DNA of 64,000 nucleotides from Alloascoidea hylecoeti (GCA_001600815.1 BCKZ01000007.1:62001-126000), one strand, 5' to 3'. Numbered from the stretch's first letter, positions 45,286-58,081 are shown. Notes: a model not told the origin generated them from the sequence alone. Program-made: numbers and translations.

Positions 45286-47413
45286 CAATATACCTACGGT
45301 TAATTGGGAACCTTATAATTAGATATGGACAACTATGGGTATAATTGTATGGACTAAATAGGAGTTGTTGATTGTAATATTCAACAATTGTCAAAAGGAT
45401 TAAAATAATTTTAAATAAATCCAAAGCAAGTTAAGTCTAGGTACACACATACGTATATAGAGTATGATATTAGTTTTATGGTTCTGTATGAATTTATAAG
45501 AGCTTAAATGTTTAATCCATGTTCCAGCTGTATGTATGTAGTCAAGATGTGGCTAAAGTTTCTTCCACTTCTTGTATTTCTACTTCTACTTCACTTTAAT
45601 TTCATTTTGAATACAATTAAAAGTTATTTCATATAACCCATTGAAGTATCGTAGTAAAGATTTCTTTAAGGTTATGTATTATCGATATCGTTATCAGAGT
45701 TTTTAATTTAACTATCCTATTTTCATCACCTATTAAATATAATGTTTAATCCATCATAAGTGAAATTCGTAAGGGAGTTTAAGATCTTGATCAAAGTCCT
45801 TATATTTACATGAAATCACAAATAAGGAATCATATCCTTCATTCTCCGTTTCTTACTCTTCAAGCTCAAGGGCAAGAAGAATAAATGCAACATCTTTTTA
45901 ATAGAATAATAATGTTTGTAATTAAACCCGACTTATAGAGTAAGACATGATATATATATTGATAAAATTGAACAAAGTACCCATAGTTATTTCTTACGGC
46001 TGTGATATCCTTTAGATTTATATCTATACTTGTAGCAATTAATATTAGTGAACCATATTTATTTGCTATAAACCAATATTTTCCACCCAATCAAATATCT
46101 TGAAAGAATTTTCAATTGATCCTTAGATAGGGAGATAGATTTAAAGATGACTATAATAAGTCAACAAGTACATAATTACCATGACCAGCTGTCAGTTATG
46201 ATAATGATAAATAGAATACATACCAATGGCCATATCTCCAACATATCCAAATATTATATGTTGAAATTAATAAAAAGATCAGCCATTATTGTAGTCATTT
46301 TTATCGCTATAACTATTAATCATCATTAGTAGTTCCAGACATGATCTTTTAAACAAGTCTTTCTGGAATAATTAATAAAATGAATAAATAGAGTGAAAAA
46401 GACATCATTTTTTTTTCTATTACTTATCATTTCAGTGTAAGAAAGGTAAACTGCTGAAAATAGTTTTAAAACGATAATGACAAGCACAATCGCACACAAC
46501 ATCCCCTAAAGTTTTTTATATTGACAACAGCTTAGTATAACCTATATGGTTTTAATAATAATGACATTTTTAATTATTTGGCGCCACAAAATTCTTGTTA
46601 TACAACTCATAATCGATATCCGTATGCTCGCTTTTCAAATGATAACGTTAACTAGTATAGGTATAGTAACCCCAGAGTAGTCTTAGGAAAAAGCAGCTAA
46701 CAGATAGCTATATATGAAGGTGAGGGAATCACAGATATTTCTGCATTGTTTGCAATTAAAGTTAGGTTTACAAGCTTATATTTGAGATAGGCTTATTAAA
46801 GTTCTAACATTTTGGGAAAGATACCGTTGAAATTTAACACTACCAGTACCATATTCCAGTTTGGACAGCTTCCGGTCTATATAAACAACTTTAGTGTAGT
46901 TGTTTGTTTGGATATAGCGAGCTTCAGGATGAACTATTTGTAAGTACTCAAATAATGAGATTGCATAGATATATTGAACTATACTCTATGCAGCGACTAA
47001 AATCTGGGGAGGAATTGTCCATCTATAATATGTATTAAGGGGTTGATCAACTACGAGAGAAGAATATTGAATAAGCTTATAATTATAGTCTCATTAATTG
47101 GAAACTAGACTCAAAATATATTTACGTAAACATTTAACACGTGATTTAATTCTGGTTTTAAATATTTAAGTGATGATATTTGAGTTTTGCTCTTTTCTTC
47201 TTCTTTTTTTCTTCTTTATCTAAATAGTTGCAATATATCACTAAATTCCAGACTCATTTGTATATCCTTATCTTCTATTCATACAACTTTCCAAGGATAG
47301 TACTTAAATCAAGTATTCTTTGTTACGCAAGTAGAAGTAAGAGTACGCAACTACCATTTAAGATTATAAAATATCAAATATTTTTTCATGGTCAAGCAAA
47401 AGTTGATGGAAAT

Positions 47414-50400
47414 ATGGAGGAAGACGATATTGAAATTAATAATAAACCAAGTATGAACGAAGTTCGCTCAACAATATTACATTTATTACAAGAAATAAAT
47501 CTATCGTTTGGAAGGTCATTTATCGCTACATTTATTTTGGATTTAATTTATAATGAAACACCATTTAATGAAGCTTCGAGAATAGTATTTGAAAAATTAA
47601 ATGATATGGTTGATGAGGATAAAATTATATTTTTACTAAATAATCTACGGTTTTATTTTATTGATAATACCCACCAATCGCGATCATCATTCAATCAATT
47701 AATTAGTAATGATGATACTGCTAATCAAACTGAGCCTCAAAAATATGATGAACCATCTTCCCAGGAAACTGACGATGATTTACCATTATCCATACATTTT
47801 GAATTAATGGAACGGCGATCTTCTGGCGATGTTGGAAAAAATAATATATCCGAAAGTTACAAGGACAACGATTCTGTAGTGGACACTGAGACACTTGAAG
47901 GTAGTAAACAAGATGATTTTGTTGAACAAAATAAAACGAAAAAAATAACAAAAAAGAAAACCAAATCACCTTCACGTCGAAAGAAGTCAAATACAAGGAA
48001 AACTACTAAGAAACAAATTGATAATGGTGAAACATACATCATACAATTGAATTCCGATATTGATGTTAATTCAGTATCCAACATTTCAACATCGCCTGAA
48101 TTTGATACTAATGTTCGACAATCTAACAATAATAATCAAGAATATGAAGTCATAATAAACAAAGATCCTCGATTAAAAGCAAGGCAATTACGATCAAATA
48201 CTGAGACTCTTCAATCCACAAAAAGTCATTCATCTCAACAAAAACTCAACTTAGATAACCAAAAAGTTATAACAGAAGAAAATTCAATATTAGAATCAAC
48301 TATTAAATTACCATTTAGTCAAATTTTGGTTGATAATAAGAACGATTCCAATGATTTTAATGATGATAATGATAAGAATTTTGATGATAGTTATGATGTA
48401 TCAGATTATGAAATTTTTTCAGATGATGATAATGATTCATCACCAGAAGATACCAAATTGGTATTAAATTTTGATAAAAGGGATATGTTGAAAAAATTAT
48501 TAAATTGGAATGATAAACCATCAAATGGTTTATCCGAAGTTAATAATAATAATGGTTCATACGAAGTTAACAATGATGATATTGATGATTTAACTGAAGT
48601 TGACAATGATGATATTAATGATTTATCCAATCAATCATTCAATGATGATCCAACGATTATTGAAAGTACGGAACCATTACCTAAGGTATTCCGAATTCCG
48701 ATCCCACCCCGAAATATTCCCAAACCTACAGATATGGACCATCAATCTAATAAAACAAATTCTAAAATGAAAATTAAAAATGAAGCAATTCCCCAATCTT
48801 CATCGTTATTTATACAAGAAAATTTTCAAATGAAAAACATAATTAAAACAATTCCTCAATCGTCATCATTATTTGTAAAAGATAATTATGATCAAATCCC
48901 TATTAAAATGGAATTAAGTTCGGATGTTTTGAATTTGACAAAGTTCCAGTTGTCTTCTGGATCTTTAGAAAAAAGCAAAACAGCAGATCCAGTTATCATA
49001 GAAGCAAATAAAACAACAAACACAAAAAAAATTCCAGAAATTATTAAATCAAATCAAACAACAAATTCAACAGAAATTCCAGAACTAATTAATTCAAATC
49101 AAAATAACAACCATAAACCAGAAGTTTCAAATCAACCTCATAAAGAATCTACAAATAAAATTGCTAAAAATAAGATCCAGAATCCTTCTGGAATATCAAA
49201 ATCGAAACATCCTAATGTTAACACAATTCATCTGATATCATCACCTTCCTCTAAAGTTGAAATTAAAACCAAAGTATCAAATAATAACAAAAATCAAATT
49301 GCTATAAAACCGGGAACTCCCAGTGATTCTATTACAGAATTAGAACCAAAAATTGAAGAAAGCATAAAGGTGTATTCTTCCTCCAAAAACTTAAAATCTT
49401 CTACTATTAAGGTTAAGGATGAAGAAACAATTTTGAAAGGAACTGATAAGAAAAGATCACCCTCTTCACCAAGTCAGAGGCGGAATGAGATATATTCATT
49501 ACCACCTATTTCAAAATCAAATAGCATATGGGGGGAGGTTTCTTTACAGGAAGAGATATCAAGACGTAAATCAATTCCTGATAATAAAGACATTCACCAA
49601 AGTGATGAAAACCGCAAAAATGAAATAAGAAAAAGCTTAAGGAATCAAGCTGCAAAAAATTCAGCATCACCACCAAGGGGTTATTATAATAATAAAATAA
49701 GGGTAAGATGTTGGAATTGGCCATATTGTAGACATAGAAATAATTGTCGATTTATTCATCCAATAGAGGATTGCAGAAATTCAAATTGTTCAAATCCTAA
49801 AAATTGTATTTTCTTACATGTGAATGATCATAAACTATTAAGAAATATTGAATATGAAGGGGATAATAATTACTACGATAGTATTAAACTAATATATTAT
49901 AATAATAGATCTATTTCAAGGTCAAGATCAAGATCTCCAAAAAGAAGAATCACAATATCAAATGATGATTATAATAGTATGGTTCGGCCCATCATTTCTA
50001 GGTCAAGATCCAGGTCTCCAAAAAGAAGAATTACAATATCTAATGATGATGATTATAATTATCAACAAGAACAATTAAAGTTAAGAAGTGGAAATGCCTC
50101 ACCAGCACCATCAGCTAATAATGGTAGAAAGAATTTTGAAAGATGTTCTACGTCTAAGAATGATATGCAAGCACCATTGCAAAAATCAAGATCAGGATCT
50201 CCAAGGACAAGAACCACAATACCACATGATGATGATTATAACTATCAACAACAGGAACAATTAAAGTTAAAATATGGAAATTCTTCATCTGCAACATCAA
50301 CTCCCAATGGTATAAAGAACTTTGAGAGAGCTACTCCAAGGTATTTATTTAAAGATGATATGCTAATATCAATACCGTCGCCAAAAGCAACAAATATGCG

Positions 50401-52729
50401 AAGACGAGGAGAAAGGGAAAAAGAAGAATGGAAGGATCCACATTCTACAAAGTATGATCATCACCTTGAGTCTTATAAACCAAGGAGGAGAGATCGAAGT
50501 CATTCGCCGACTGGAGGATATCAATCTTATAGACCGGTTTATGAAACATCTGATAGGAGTAGACATACGAGTAATGATTCTTCACATCGACAAAATTCAA
50601 TTGAAATAAATAGTAGGGACCGATCCTCGAGTAATTCTGATCAACATAAATCAGATTTTCGACCTTTACATAATACGTGGAAGATAGAAAAACCAAAAGT
50701 TAAAGCTGAAATTAAGAAACAGGAGACAATTTTGGTTCAGACGTTTAGCGATGATGACTCTCTCGTTGAGTTATCCAATCTGTCCGCTTCTTCACATACA
50801 GGAGGAAATTATGAAATAGATAATGATTCATTAAATAAGGAAAAGAAAATTGTTTCAGCTACGGTTAAACACTCTGAACCGGATATCCAATCAATAGATC
50901 ATGAAAAAGAGGTGAATGCTCCTACTGTTGTCAAAATTTTAAAACCCGCTAAAGCCGTTAAGTACCCTGAATCCGAAAATTGTATCTCGTCGAGATTGGA
51001 AGAAGAATGCAAAACAGGTAAAGCTGAAATTAAGAATCAGGAGAGAATTTTGGTTCGGCCGTCTAGCGACGATCACTTTCTTGCTGAGTTATCCAATCTG
51101 ACTCCTTCATATACAACAGAAAACTATAAATGGGATAATCAATCGGATAGTATTGAAAATAAGGTGAGTCCTCATACTGCTGTTAAAATTTTAAAACCTT
51201 TTAATGGCGTTAAGGACTCCGAACTCCAAAATGGTATCTCGTCGGGATTGGAGGCAGAAAGCAAAATAGTTAAAGCTAAAATTAAGAAACAGAAAAAAAT
51301 TTGGGTTCACCCATCTAGCAATGACCAACCCCTTGTTGAAGTATCCAATCTAACTGCTTCACAGACAGTAGAAAAGAATAAACCGACCAAAAAATCATTA
51401 AATAAAGAAAAGACGGTTGTCACAACTACGGTTAACCACCCTCGACTGGATAGCAAATCTTCAGGTCATGAAACAATGGTAAATGCTCCTCCTGTTAAAA
51501 TTTTAAATAGCGCTGATGACTCTCAGCACTCCGATCCCAAAAATTGTATCTTGATGGAATCGGAGGAAATAACGGACTCTAAAAACAACTCAAACAATCA
51601 AACTCGAAAGTCTTCTTCTATTATTAAGAACAACCATTTAAATGCTGGAAGTATTTCGAAAGCTAATATTGGAATCCCATCAAAAATTAAAACAACTACC
51701 ATTAATAAATCTGGAAGTATCAAAGAAAATTTAACTGATATAAGCAAATTTGCAATGAAGTCTTCATCTTCAACTTCAACCTTAAAAGTAATATTACCAA
51801 AAGAGCCAAGATTATTAAGAAACAGATCTGACTTTTCGGATGAATCAATATCTCCATCAACCAGATCCTCCAACAGCTTATTCTCTCCGAATGATGTAAC
51901 AAGAGAAAAAAGTTTATCACATTCCCCAAATTCTCGTTCTACTTTTGACTTTAAGATTAATTCTAATAACCGAGGTCCTGTTAATAATCTTAATCCTCTT
52001 GGGAAAAGAATTGATTCTATACCACTTACTACAAGACCAAAAAATCTTCCTCGATATGATCAGAATTCATCATCTAGGAGACATGAGTATGATCATTGGG
52101 AGTCAACAACACCAGCACCCTTAAATGATTATTCAAATCTTAAAGTTAAAACTCCAACGGATATTAAAAAATCAGAGGAGATTTCAATTAAGGGAACGCA
52201 TACAAGGCATTTCAATAAGGCTGTGTTGGATCATGATGATTTATTTAATAATAAAACATTTTCAAAAAGTGATCATAATCCTAATGATGACGCTTACAAT
52301 CATAGTTCTAGCTCTGGAGATTTGGAATCTCATATTCATATAGGAGAATCACATGCATCCTTGGGGCCACAGTATGTTGATAGGTGGTCACCATCCAATG
52401 ATCAAAACCTTGATGATCGATTTCAATGTTATAATACTGATTATAACGACTCATCAAGACCGAACCCTTTAAGTTTAAGAATTGATAAAAGGACAAATGA
52501 TAATAATAATAGTAATAGTGATTATTATTCATCTAAAATCTCTAGAAGAGACTCTAGAGATTACTCTACTAAAAAGAGAAGAATATCTATTGACCGTGAT
52601 CCAGTTCATGGGAGCGGATATGAATATGACCCTCCATCTTCGCGCTCTTACACCACTAGACCAGAGAAAAAGAATGGTTTATTTGGAAGAATTGGAAAGC
52701 CAAGCGATCGTCGCCGGTATCGACATTGA
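47414..52729 (+). CDS. Very large low-complexity protein with tandem Nab2-like CCCH zinc fingers, RS repeats and three ~100-aa repeats
   Basis: Intact ORF of over 1750 codons. The track start is TTG; the likely ATG is 47414 (alternative 47387). It contains RCWNWPYCRHRNNCRFIHP-IEDCRNSNCSNPKNCIFLH and RSRSRSPKRR repeats. Confidence 0.8.
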   Translation: MEEDDIEINNKPSMNEVRSTILHLLQEINLSFGRSFIATFILDLIYNETPFNEASRIVFEKLNDMVDEDKIIFLLNNLRFYFIDNTHQSRSSFNQLISNDDTANQTEPQKYDEPSSQETDDDLPLSIHFELMERRSSGDVGKNNISESYKDNDSVVDTETLEGSKQDDFVEQNKTKKITKKKTKSPSRRKKSNTRKTTKKQIDNGETYIIQLNSDIDVNSVSNISTSPEFDTNVRQSNNNNQEYEVIINKDPRLKARQLRSNTETLQSTKSHSSQQKLNLDNQKVITEENSILESTIKLPFSQILVDNKNDSNDFNDDNDKNFDDSYDVSDYEIFSDDDNDSSPEDTKLVLNFDKRDMLKKLLNWNDKPSNGLSEVNNNNGSYEVNNDDIDDLTEVDNDDINDLSNQSFNDDPTIIESTEPLPKVFRIPIPPRNIPKPTDMDHQSNKTNSKMKIKNEAIPQSSSLFIQENFQMKNIIKTIPQSSSLFVKDNYDQIPIKMELSSDVLNLTKFQLSSGSLEKSKTADPVIIEANKTTNTKKIPEIIKSNQTTNSTEIPELINSNQNNNHKPEVSNQPHKESTNKIAKNKIQNPSGISKSKHPNVNTIHLISSPSSKVEIKTKVSNNNKNQIAIKPGTPSDSITELEPKIEESIKVYSSSKNLKSSTIKVKDEETILKGTDKKRSPSSPSQRRNEIYSLPPISKSNSIWGEVSLQEEISRRKSIPDNKDIHQSDENRKNEIRKSLRNQAAKNSASPPRGYYNNKIRVRCWNWPYCRHRNNCRFIHPIEDCRNSNCSNPKNCIFLHVNDHKLLRNIEYEGDNNYYDSIKLIYYNNRSISRSRSRSPKRRITISNDDYNSMVRPIISRSRSRSPKRRITISNDDDYNYQQEQLKLRSGNASPAPSANNGRKNFERCSTSKNDMQAPLQKSRSGSPRTRTTIPHDDDYNYQQQEQLKLKYGNSSSATSTPNGIKNFERATPRYLFKDDMLISIPSPKATNMRRRGEREKEEWKDPHSTKYDHHLESYKPRRRDRSHSPTGGYQSYRPVYETSDRSRHTSNDSSHRQNSIEINSRDRSSSNSDQHKSDFRPLHNTWKIEKPKVKAEIKKQETILVQTFSDDDSLVELSNLSASSHTGGNYEIDNDSLNKEKKIVSATVKHSEPDIQSIDHEKEVNAPTVVKILKPAKAVKYPESENCISSRLEEECKTGKAEIKNQERILVRPSSDDHFLAELSNLTPSYTTENYKWDNQSDSIENKVSPHTAVKILKPFNGVKDSELQNGISSGLEAESKIVKAKIKKQKKIWVHPSSNDQPLVEVSNLTASQTVEKNKPTKKSLNKEKTVVTTTVNHPRLDSKSSGHETMVNAPPVKILNSADDSQHSDPKNCILMESEEITDSKNNSNNQTRKSSSIIKNNHLNAGSISKANIGIPSKIKTTTINKSGSIKENLTDISKFAMKSSSSTSTLKVILPKEPRLLRNRSDFSDESISPSTRSSNSLFSPNDVTREKSLSHSPNSRSTFDFKINSNNRGPVNNLNPLGKRIDSIPLTTRPKNLPRYDQNSSSRRHEYDHWESTTPAPLNDYSNLKVKTPTDIKKSEEISIKGTHTRHFNKAVLDHDDLFNNKTFSKSDHNPNDDAYNHSSSSGDLESHIHIGESHASLGPQYVDRWSPSNDQNLDDRFQCYNTDYNDSSRPNPLSLRIDKRTNDNNNSNSDYYSSKISRRDSRDYSTKKRRISIDRDPVHGSGYEYDPPSSRSYTTRPEKKNGLFGRIGKPSDRRRYRH
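50700..51570 (+). repeat. Three diverged intragenic tandem repeats (~250-320 bp)
   Basis: Units start near 50702, 51020 and 51272 with KA(E/K)IK.Q..I.V...S.D..L.E.SNL..S and end with VKIL.....S...N.I. Confidence 0.9.
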
Positions 52730-53373
52730 TGTTAGTTTAGACAATTGTTAGAATGCTTTAAATTTAATGACCTGTTAACGTTTTTTGTTTCTTATACTTT
52801 TTGGTATAATTTGTATTACTGTATTTATTATTTTCGGATTTTAGTTTTTGAATTTTAAGCTTATTATTATTAGAGCCTGGGTATTGTGGAGTTCATAACT
52901 TCATATCCAAATTTTAAACCCATATTTTGAAGCATGATTATCAGGTACTGTATTTGCTTTTGTCTTCGTATCAGTCCGATTGATCCCTGTTTATGGTGGT
53001 CCATTTTTAGTGTATCACTTGTACAGTGTATAAAATAACTACTTATAATCACACAGCTAACTATTAGCTGTAGGGGAAATATTAAGAATATATTCCTTCG
53101 ATATTCAGTTTTTACAGCTAAGAAATATTGAAAATTTGCGATAAGCGTATAGATAATGTTAATATTGCCATCGAGAGTGCGCTAATTACTTTTGGGATTA
53201 GCAATTGGCAGATATAGCCTATACGCGATTACAAGTTATTTAGAGAATTTGATATTGAGTCATATCCACCGACAAGTTACGGTTATATATATTTATCATT
53301 ACATACGTGAATTTTATCTGTATAAAGTATATCTACTCACAATTGCAATTGAAAGCTATGATAATAATTAAAA

Positions 53374-54060
53374 TCATTTTTTAGCCTCTTCCAACTCAAC
53401 CTCAATATTCTTTGCATGTTTATACAACCAAAGTCTTGATGTTTTGATCGATTCTATCAATTTTTCATTATTTGTTTTTTTAGTAACGTATATCCAATTC
53501 TTAGCATCATTTACAGAATTTTTAATCATAACTTGAGAATTTACAACTTTTAAAGGAAACTTTTCAATTTCAAATTTCCAAATTTTTGATTCAATATTAT
53601 AAATTGTCTTTGGTAATAAAAATTTAAAAGAAATTATACCAAAAATTAATGGTGTTGAAAATCTTAAAAGAATTCCACGATTTTTTGAAATAATTGATCC
53701 AGAAAGTATAGAAGTTAATATATAAATATTTGCTGGTAATAAATCCTCATTTGGATTTTTTAAATTTCGATATTTCTTTATTAAGTTATTCTCAAAAATT
53801 ATGAATTCATTTTTAATATCATTATATTTATTTTGGAATATAGTCAACTCATCGTGTAATTTATATCTAATATCCTTGATTTGTTTCTGGATTAAAATAG
53901 GTGCTTGGATATTAAACGCATTGGCATTAATTGGTGGTACTTCTGATTCAGGAGCTTTAGTAAAGGGGGAAGAAGAGTCCAACTTTTCTATAGGAATTGG
54001 CTTCATTATTTTAAATTTCTCAGCTTCCTCATCGTCGTAGAATTGACGTTTCTGAGACAT
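53374..54060 (-). CDS. MIC26: MICOS subunit Mic26/Mic27 (ApoO family)
   Basis: The ATG at 54060 gives MSQKRQFYDD. ApoO-type segment EDLLPANIYILTSILSGSIISKNRGILLRFSTPLIFGIISFKFLLPKT. Confidence 0.8.
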   Translation of the reverse strand: MSQKRQFYDDEEAEKFKIMKPIPIEKLDSSSPFTKAPESEVPPINANAFNIQAPILIQKQIKDIRYKLHDELTIFQNKYNDIKNEFIIFENNLIKKYRNLKNPNEDLLPANIYILTSILSGSIISKNRGILLRFSTPLIFGIISFKFLLPKTIYNIESKIWKFEIEKFPLKVVNSQVMIKNSVNDAKNWIYVTKKTNNEKLIESIKTSRLWLYKHAKNIEVELEEAKK

Positions 54061-55312
54061 GATAATATCGATTTTGTTATTTGCTCTTAAATTATAAGCA
54101 AGTTTAATGCAATATTGATGCAAGATGTATCTCCGTAAGTTATGTTTATAACATCCGGGTACACCTTCCACTTCATTCTAAAATGATTCGTAGATTGTAC
54201 AGTTTTTGTTGAATAAACAAGAATGAAAACCATGTTGTGTTATAGATATTAGTGTTAGTTTCTACACTTCCTATTTACGGTATCTGATTTTAATTTCTTG
54301 AATGAAGCTAGAGGTGTGTTTGAGCTGAGCACAAATGTTGGATTTTATTTTTATCTATCTTTCTGTTGGATAAACTAAGACCGTTTATAGCGTCAATTAC
54401 CAGTTTTGACATCTTGACTCAGTCATTGTTACTTTGTCTCTAAAGATCTTGAAAGACTGAGGAACTCAGTTTTTGTTATCTTAGTAACTCACCCAATTGA
54501 TCTTTAGATCTAATATACTTCAAAACAAAACTCCTTCTTACTAAACAGCTTCTTTATCTAGTAATCATGTTAAAACTAAGGTTATTGTTTGCAAAATGGC
54601 TACTAGTTTTGTATTGAAATATGTTTGTCAATAGAGATGATGATTTATTTATTTAATCATTTATTATTGATAAAATTAATACCATATTTTTATAAGTATT
54701 CCAGATTTTTTAAAAGAAGTCGTGTCTGGAACTAATAATGAGGATTAATTATAAAACTAAATGATAATCAATAATCTGATCTATTTAAATTTCAATACAA
54801 TTAACTAGAATTATAAGGATATTTTAACTTTATAATTATACTGGATTTTCAATGAGTTTTTCGGTAGGTTTCATTGTCTATGTTTTACCATCCTGTTGGC
54901 TCTCTACTTGATAGCTACGGCCTTAGCAAGTTCTAGATCTACATCTTTCTTATATATAAGCCTTATATTATGCTACAACGTTAACGGTAATAACCTGAAA
55001 ATCAATTCAAAGAGACTAATAATAAAGAACCTGGGTATGTGATATGATTAATGATAAGAAATTATATATGAAAATTAATGAAGCTTATATGTTTGCATCT
55101 CGAAATGGCCTCGGAATGAAATAAAACACGGTAAGAAGATTATACTTGTGAAGAACGCTTGTAAAGTTTACGTACTGTATCATTAATTACAATTGCAACT
55201 GTTCATAAAGATATCCAGATCCTGCCTATGTTGTATTTAAGTAAATAACAGAAAATTTAGTAAATATTTAGTAAATATTTAGTAACTATTATTTTCAATT
55301 TCATATTTATAT

Positions 55313-57967
55313 TTATAATTTAGCATCATTACCTGTTAATAATTCAATAGCAGCAGAACTTAAAGCTAAAGTACCTCTTTCAACAACTTTAGTTATAAAT
55401 ATAACTTTACTACCTTCTTTCCAAGCTTCAACTCTTAAAGTTTCACCTGGAAATACATGACCTGAAAATCTAGTTTTGATATTTTTAAAAGGACCAAATT
55501 TATCAAATAAAATTTTACCAGAAATACCAAATGAGCATAAACCATGTAAAATTGGTCTTGGGAATTTACCAACAGCCGCAAATTCAGGATCAATATGTAA
55601 TGGATTATAATCTCCTGATAATCTATATAAGGCAGCTTGATCAACAGAAGTTTTATATTCACCTGTAAAATCAGGTGTTCTTTTTGGTGGAACATTAGCA
55701 GCGGTTGCAATGCCACGATCTTTTGAAGTTTTTGGACCACCAAATCCACCAGCGTCTCTAATAAAAGTAGTCGATTCACCATAAAATACAACATTATTAT
55801 TTTCATCAGTTGTTGTTAATGAACTAACTGCAACTGCAGCTTTAACTTTATCAACAACTTCAATAATTTTTGCATTATTTTTAAATTTTCCTGAAGTTGG
55901 AATTGGCCATTGTTTAATTTCTAAATATTGTTCACCGTGTAATAATTTCATTGGATTAAAATTTGGTAAAATACCTGAAAAATCAATTTCTGATAATGTT
56001 GGAAATGATGGTATAACACCAAATGTTGGTATAACAGTAAAATTATCATCATTTTCAAAAGTATATTTTAATTCTTTAGCTGTAGCACCGACACCAATAT
56101 TATATAATATTAAATCACGATGATTATATTCATATTCAGTGGTTGCATTAATTCCATAATCTTTTTCATTTCCATTTTTTTGAGATTTTAATGATTCTTT
56201 AAATTCACTAACAGTTTGTAAAATTGATCCAGCAGATTCACTTGATGCATTAATATTAATTGCTTTACCATCATTAAAATCAGAAATCTTTGAAATTTTA
56301 GATTTAACCCATTCAGGAGTTGCTTCTTCTAAATTTTTTGCAACAACACCACCGGCACGTTGTAATCTAGTTTGACCAATCCATCCAGAACCAGTTTCAA
56401 ATAATTGACCAGTAACTGGGGATTTATCACTTGCTAATAAAACAACTAATGGAGCAATATATTCAGGTTTAAAAGCTTCTAACATTTCAGGTGTAAAAAC
56501 AGAAGCAGTCATTGCAGTACCAGCATTTGGAGCAATTGCATTAACAAAAATATTTTTTCTACCACCTTCTTGTGCTAAAGTTTTTGTTAATCCTAAAATT
56601 GCAGCTTTTGCTGCTGCATAATTTGCTTGGCCAAAATTTCCATAAATACCAGAAGTTGATGTTGTATTAACAACTCTACCATAACCTTGTTTCAAAAAAT
56701 ATGGCCAAGCAGCTTGTGTAACAGCAGCAGTTCCTTTTAAATGAACTTCTTGAACTATATTCCATTCAGAATCAGTTAATTTCAAAAAAGATTTATCTCT
56801 TAAAATTCCAGCATTATTTAAAATGGCATGAACAGTACCAAAGGCATCAATAGCAGTTTTAACAACTTTTCCACCATCAACAACATTATTATTATCTGCA
56901 ACAGCAGTACCACCAGCAGCTTTAATTTCATCAACAACACCTTGTGGATTTGCAAAATCATTAACAACAACTTTTGCACCTAATTTACCTAATAATAAAG
57001 CATATGAACGACCAATTCCTGCACCTGCACCAGTTACAATAACAACTTGATCTTTAAAAGAAACTTCAGGACCTTGTTTTGCAGGAGGAGTTTTAGCAGA
57101 AATTTCAGAAATTTTAAAAAAATCAGCAGGCCCAGAAGGATATTCAGGTTTTGAGAAATCAATAACTTTATCCCATGCATTTAATATAGCAGATGGGGTA
57201 AAAGAACTATCAGTTTTAAAGATATGACCATTGCCTCTTTCCCATCTAACTTTTGCAAAAAAACCAGCAGCTAATTCATAAATTCCATAAGTTTCATTTG
57301 TTGACTCATGAGTTAAAAATGCAACTAATGGAACAATAAATTCAGGTTTTAATTGTTCCAAGATCTCAGGTGGCATAATTCCTTCAGTCATTCTACTAGC
57401 AGCTAAAGGAGCAATTGCATTTGCAGTAATATTATATTTTGCACCTTCTTTAGCTAAAGTTTCCATAAAACCAACAAGACCTAATTTTGCAGCACCATAG
57501 TTTGATTGACCAAAATTACCATATAAACCAGCAGGGCTCGCAGTATTAATAATTCTACCAAATTTTTGTTTTCTTAGATAAGGCCAAGCAGCTTTTGTAA
57601 CTTTATAAGCACCATTTAAATGAATATTGTAAACCAAATCAAAATTTGCTTTTGTTAATTTATTAAAAGAAGAATCTCTTAAAATACCAGCATTATTTAT
57701 AATGATATGAACAGTACCAAAAGCTTTAACAGCAGTTTCAATGATTTTTTCACCTTCTTCAACAGAATCATAATTGGCAACAGCTTTACCACCATTTTTC
57801 TTAATCTCGGCAACAACTAAATCAGCAGGATTCTCAGCACCCGGACGACCTAGATCGTTAACGACAACAGAAGCACCACGGGAAGCGTAGAAAAGGGCGT
57901 AGGCTTTACCGAGACCACCACCGGAACCGGTGACAACGACCACCTTATCATCGAATCTAAGAGCCAT
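55313..57967 (-). CDS. FOX2: Peroxisomal multifunctional beta-oxidation enzyme (2x SDR dehydrogenase + hydratase 2)
   Basis: Starts MALRFDDKVVVVTGSGGGLG. It has two NNAGILRD / YGNFGQ.NY.AAK domains, hydratase motifs LLHGEQY and YRLSGDYNPLHIDP, and a C-terminal PTS1 (AKL). Confidence 0.98.
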   Translation of the reverse strand: MALRFDDKVVVVTGSGGGLGKAYALFYASRGASVVVNDLGRPGAENPADLVVAEIKKNGGKAVANYDSVEEGEKIIETAVKAFGTVHIIINNAGILRDSSFNKLTKANFDLVYNIHLNGAYKVTKAAWPYLRKQKFGRIINTASPAGLYGNFGQSNYGAAKLGLVGFMETLAKEGAKYNITANAIAPLAASRMTEGIMPPEILEQLKPEFIVPLVAFLTHESTNETYGIYELAAGFFAKVRWERGNGHIFKTDSSFTPSAILNAWDKVIDFSKPEYPSGPADFFKISEISAKTPPAKQGPEVSFKDQVVIVTGAGAGIGRSYALLLGKLGAKVVVNDFANPQGVVDEIKAAGGTAVADNNNVVDGGKVVKTAIDAFGTVHAILNNAGILRDKSFLKLTDSEWNIVQEVHLKGTAAVTQAAWPYFLKQGYGRVVNTTSTSGIYGNFGQANYAAAKAAILGLTKTLAQEGGRKNIFVNAIAPNAGTAMTASVFTPEMLEAFKPEYIAPLVVLLASDKSPVTGQLFETGSGWIGQTRLQRAGGVVAKNLEEATPEWVKSKISKISDFNDGKAININASSESAGSILQTVSEFKESLKSQKNGNEKDYGINATTEYEYNHRDLILYNIGVGATAKELKYTFENDDNFTVIPTFGVIPSFPTLSEIDFSGILPNFNPMKLLHGEQYLEIKQWPIPTSGKFKNNAKIIEVVDKVKAAVAVSSLTTTDENNNVVFYGESTTFIRDAGGFGGPKTSKDRGIATAANVPPKRTPDFTGEYKTSVDQAALYRLSGDYNPLHIDPEFAAVGKFPRPILHGLCSFGISGKILFDKFGPFKNIKTRFSGHVFPGETLRVEAWKEGSKVIFITKVVERGTLALSSAAIELLTGNDAKL

Positions 57968-58081
57968 TTTGAGTAGTAATATATATGAAAGAGTAAATTG
58001 ATGAAATGGGAAGAAGACAGCAATTGAGGACTTATATAGAAATATAAAGTACAGTGTGGGGTCGCATGTGAAGACATCTGG

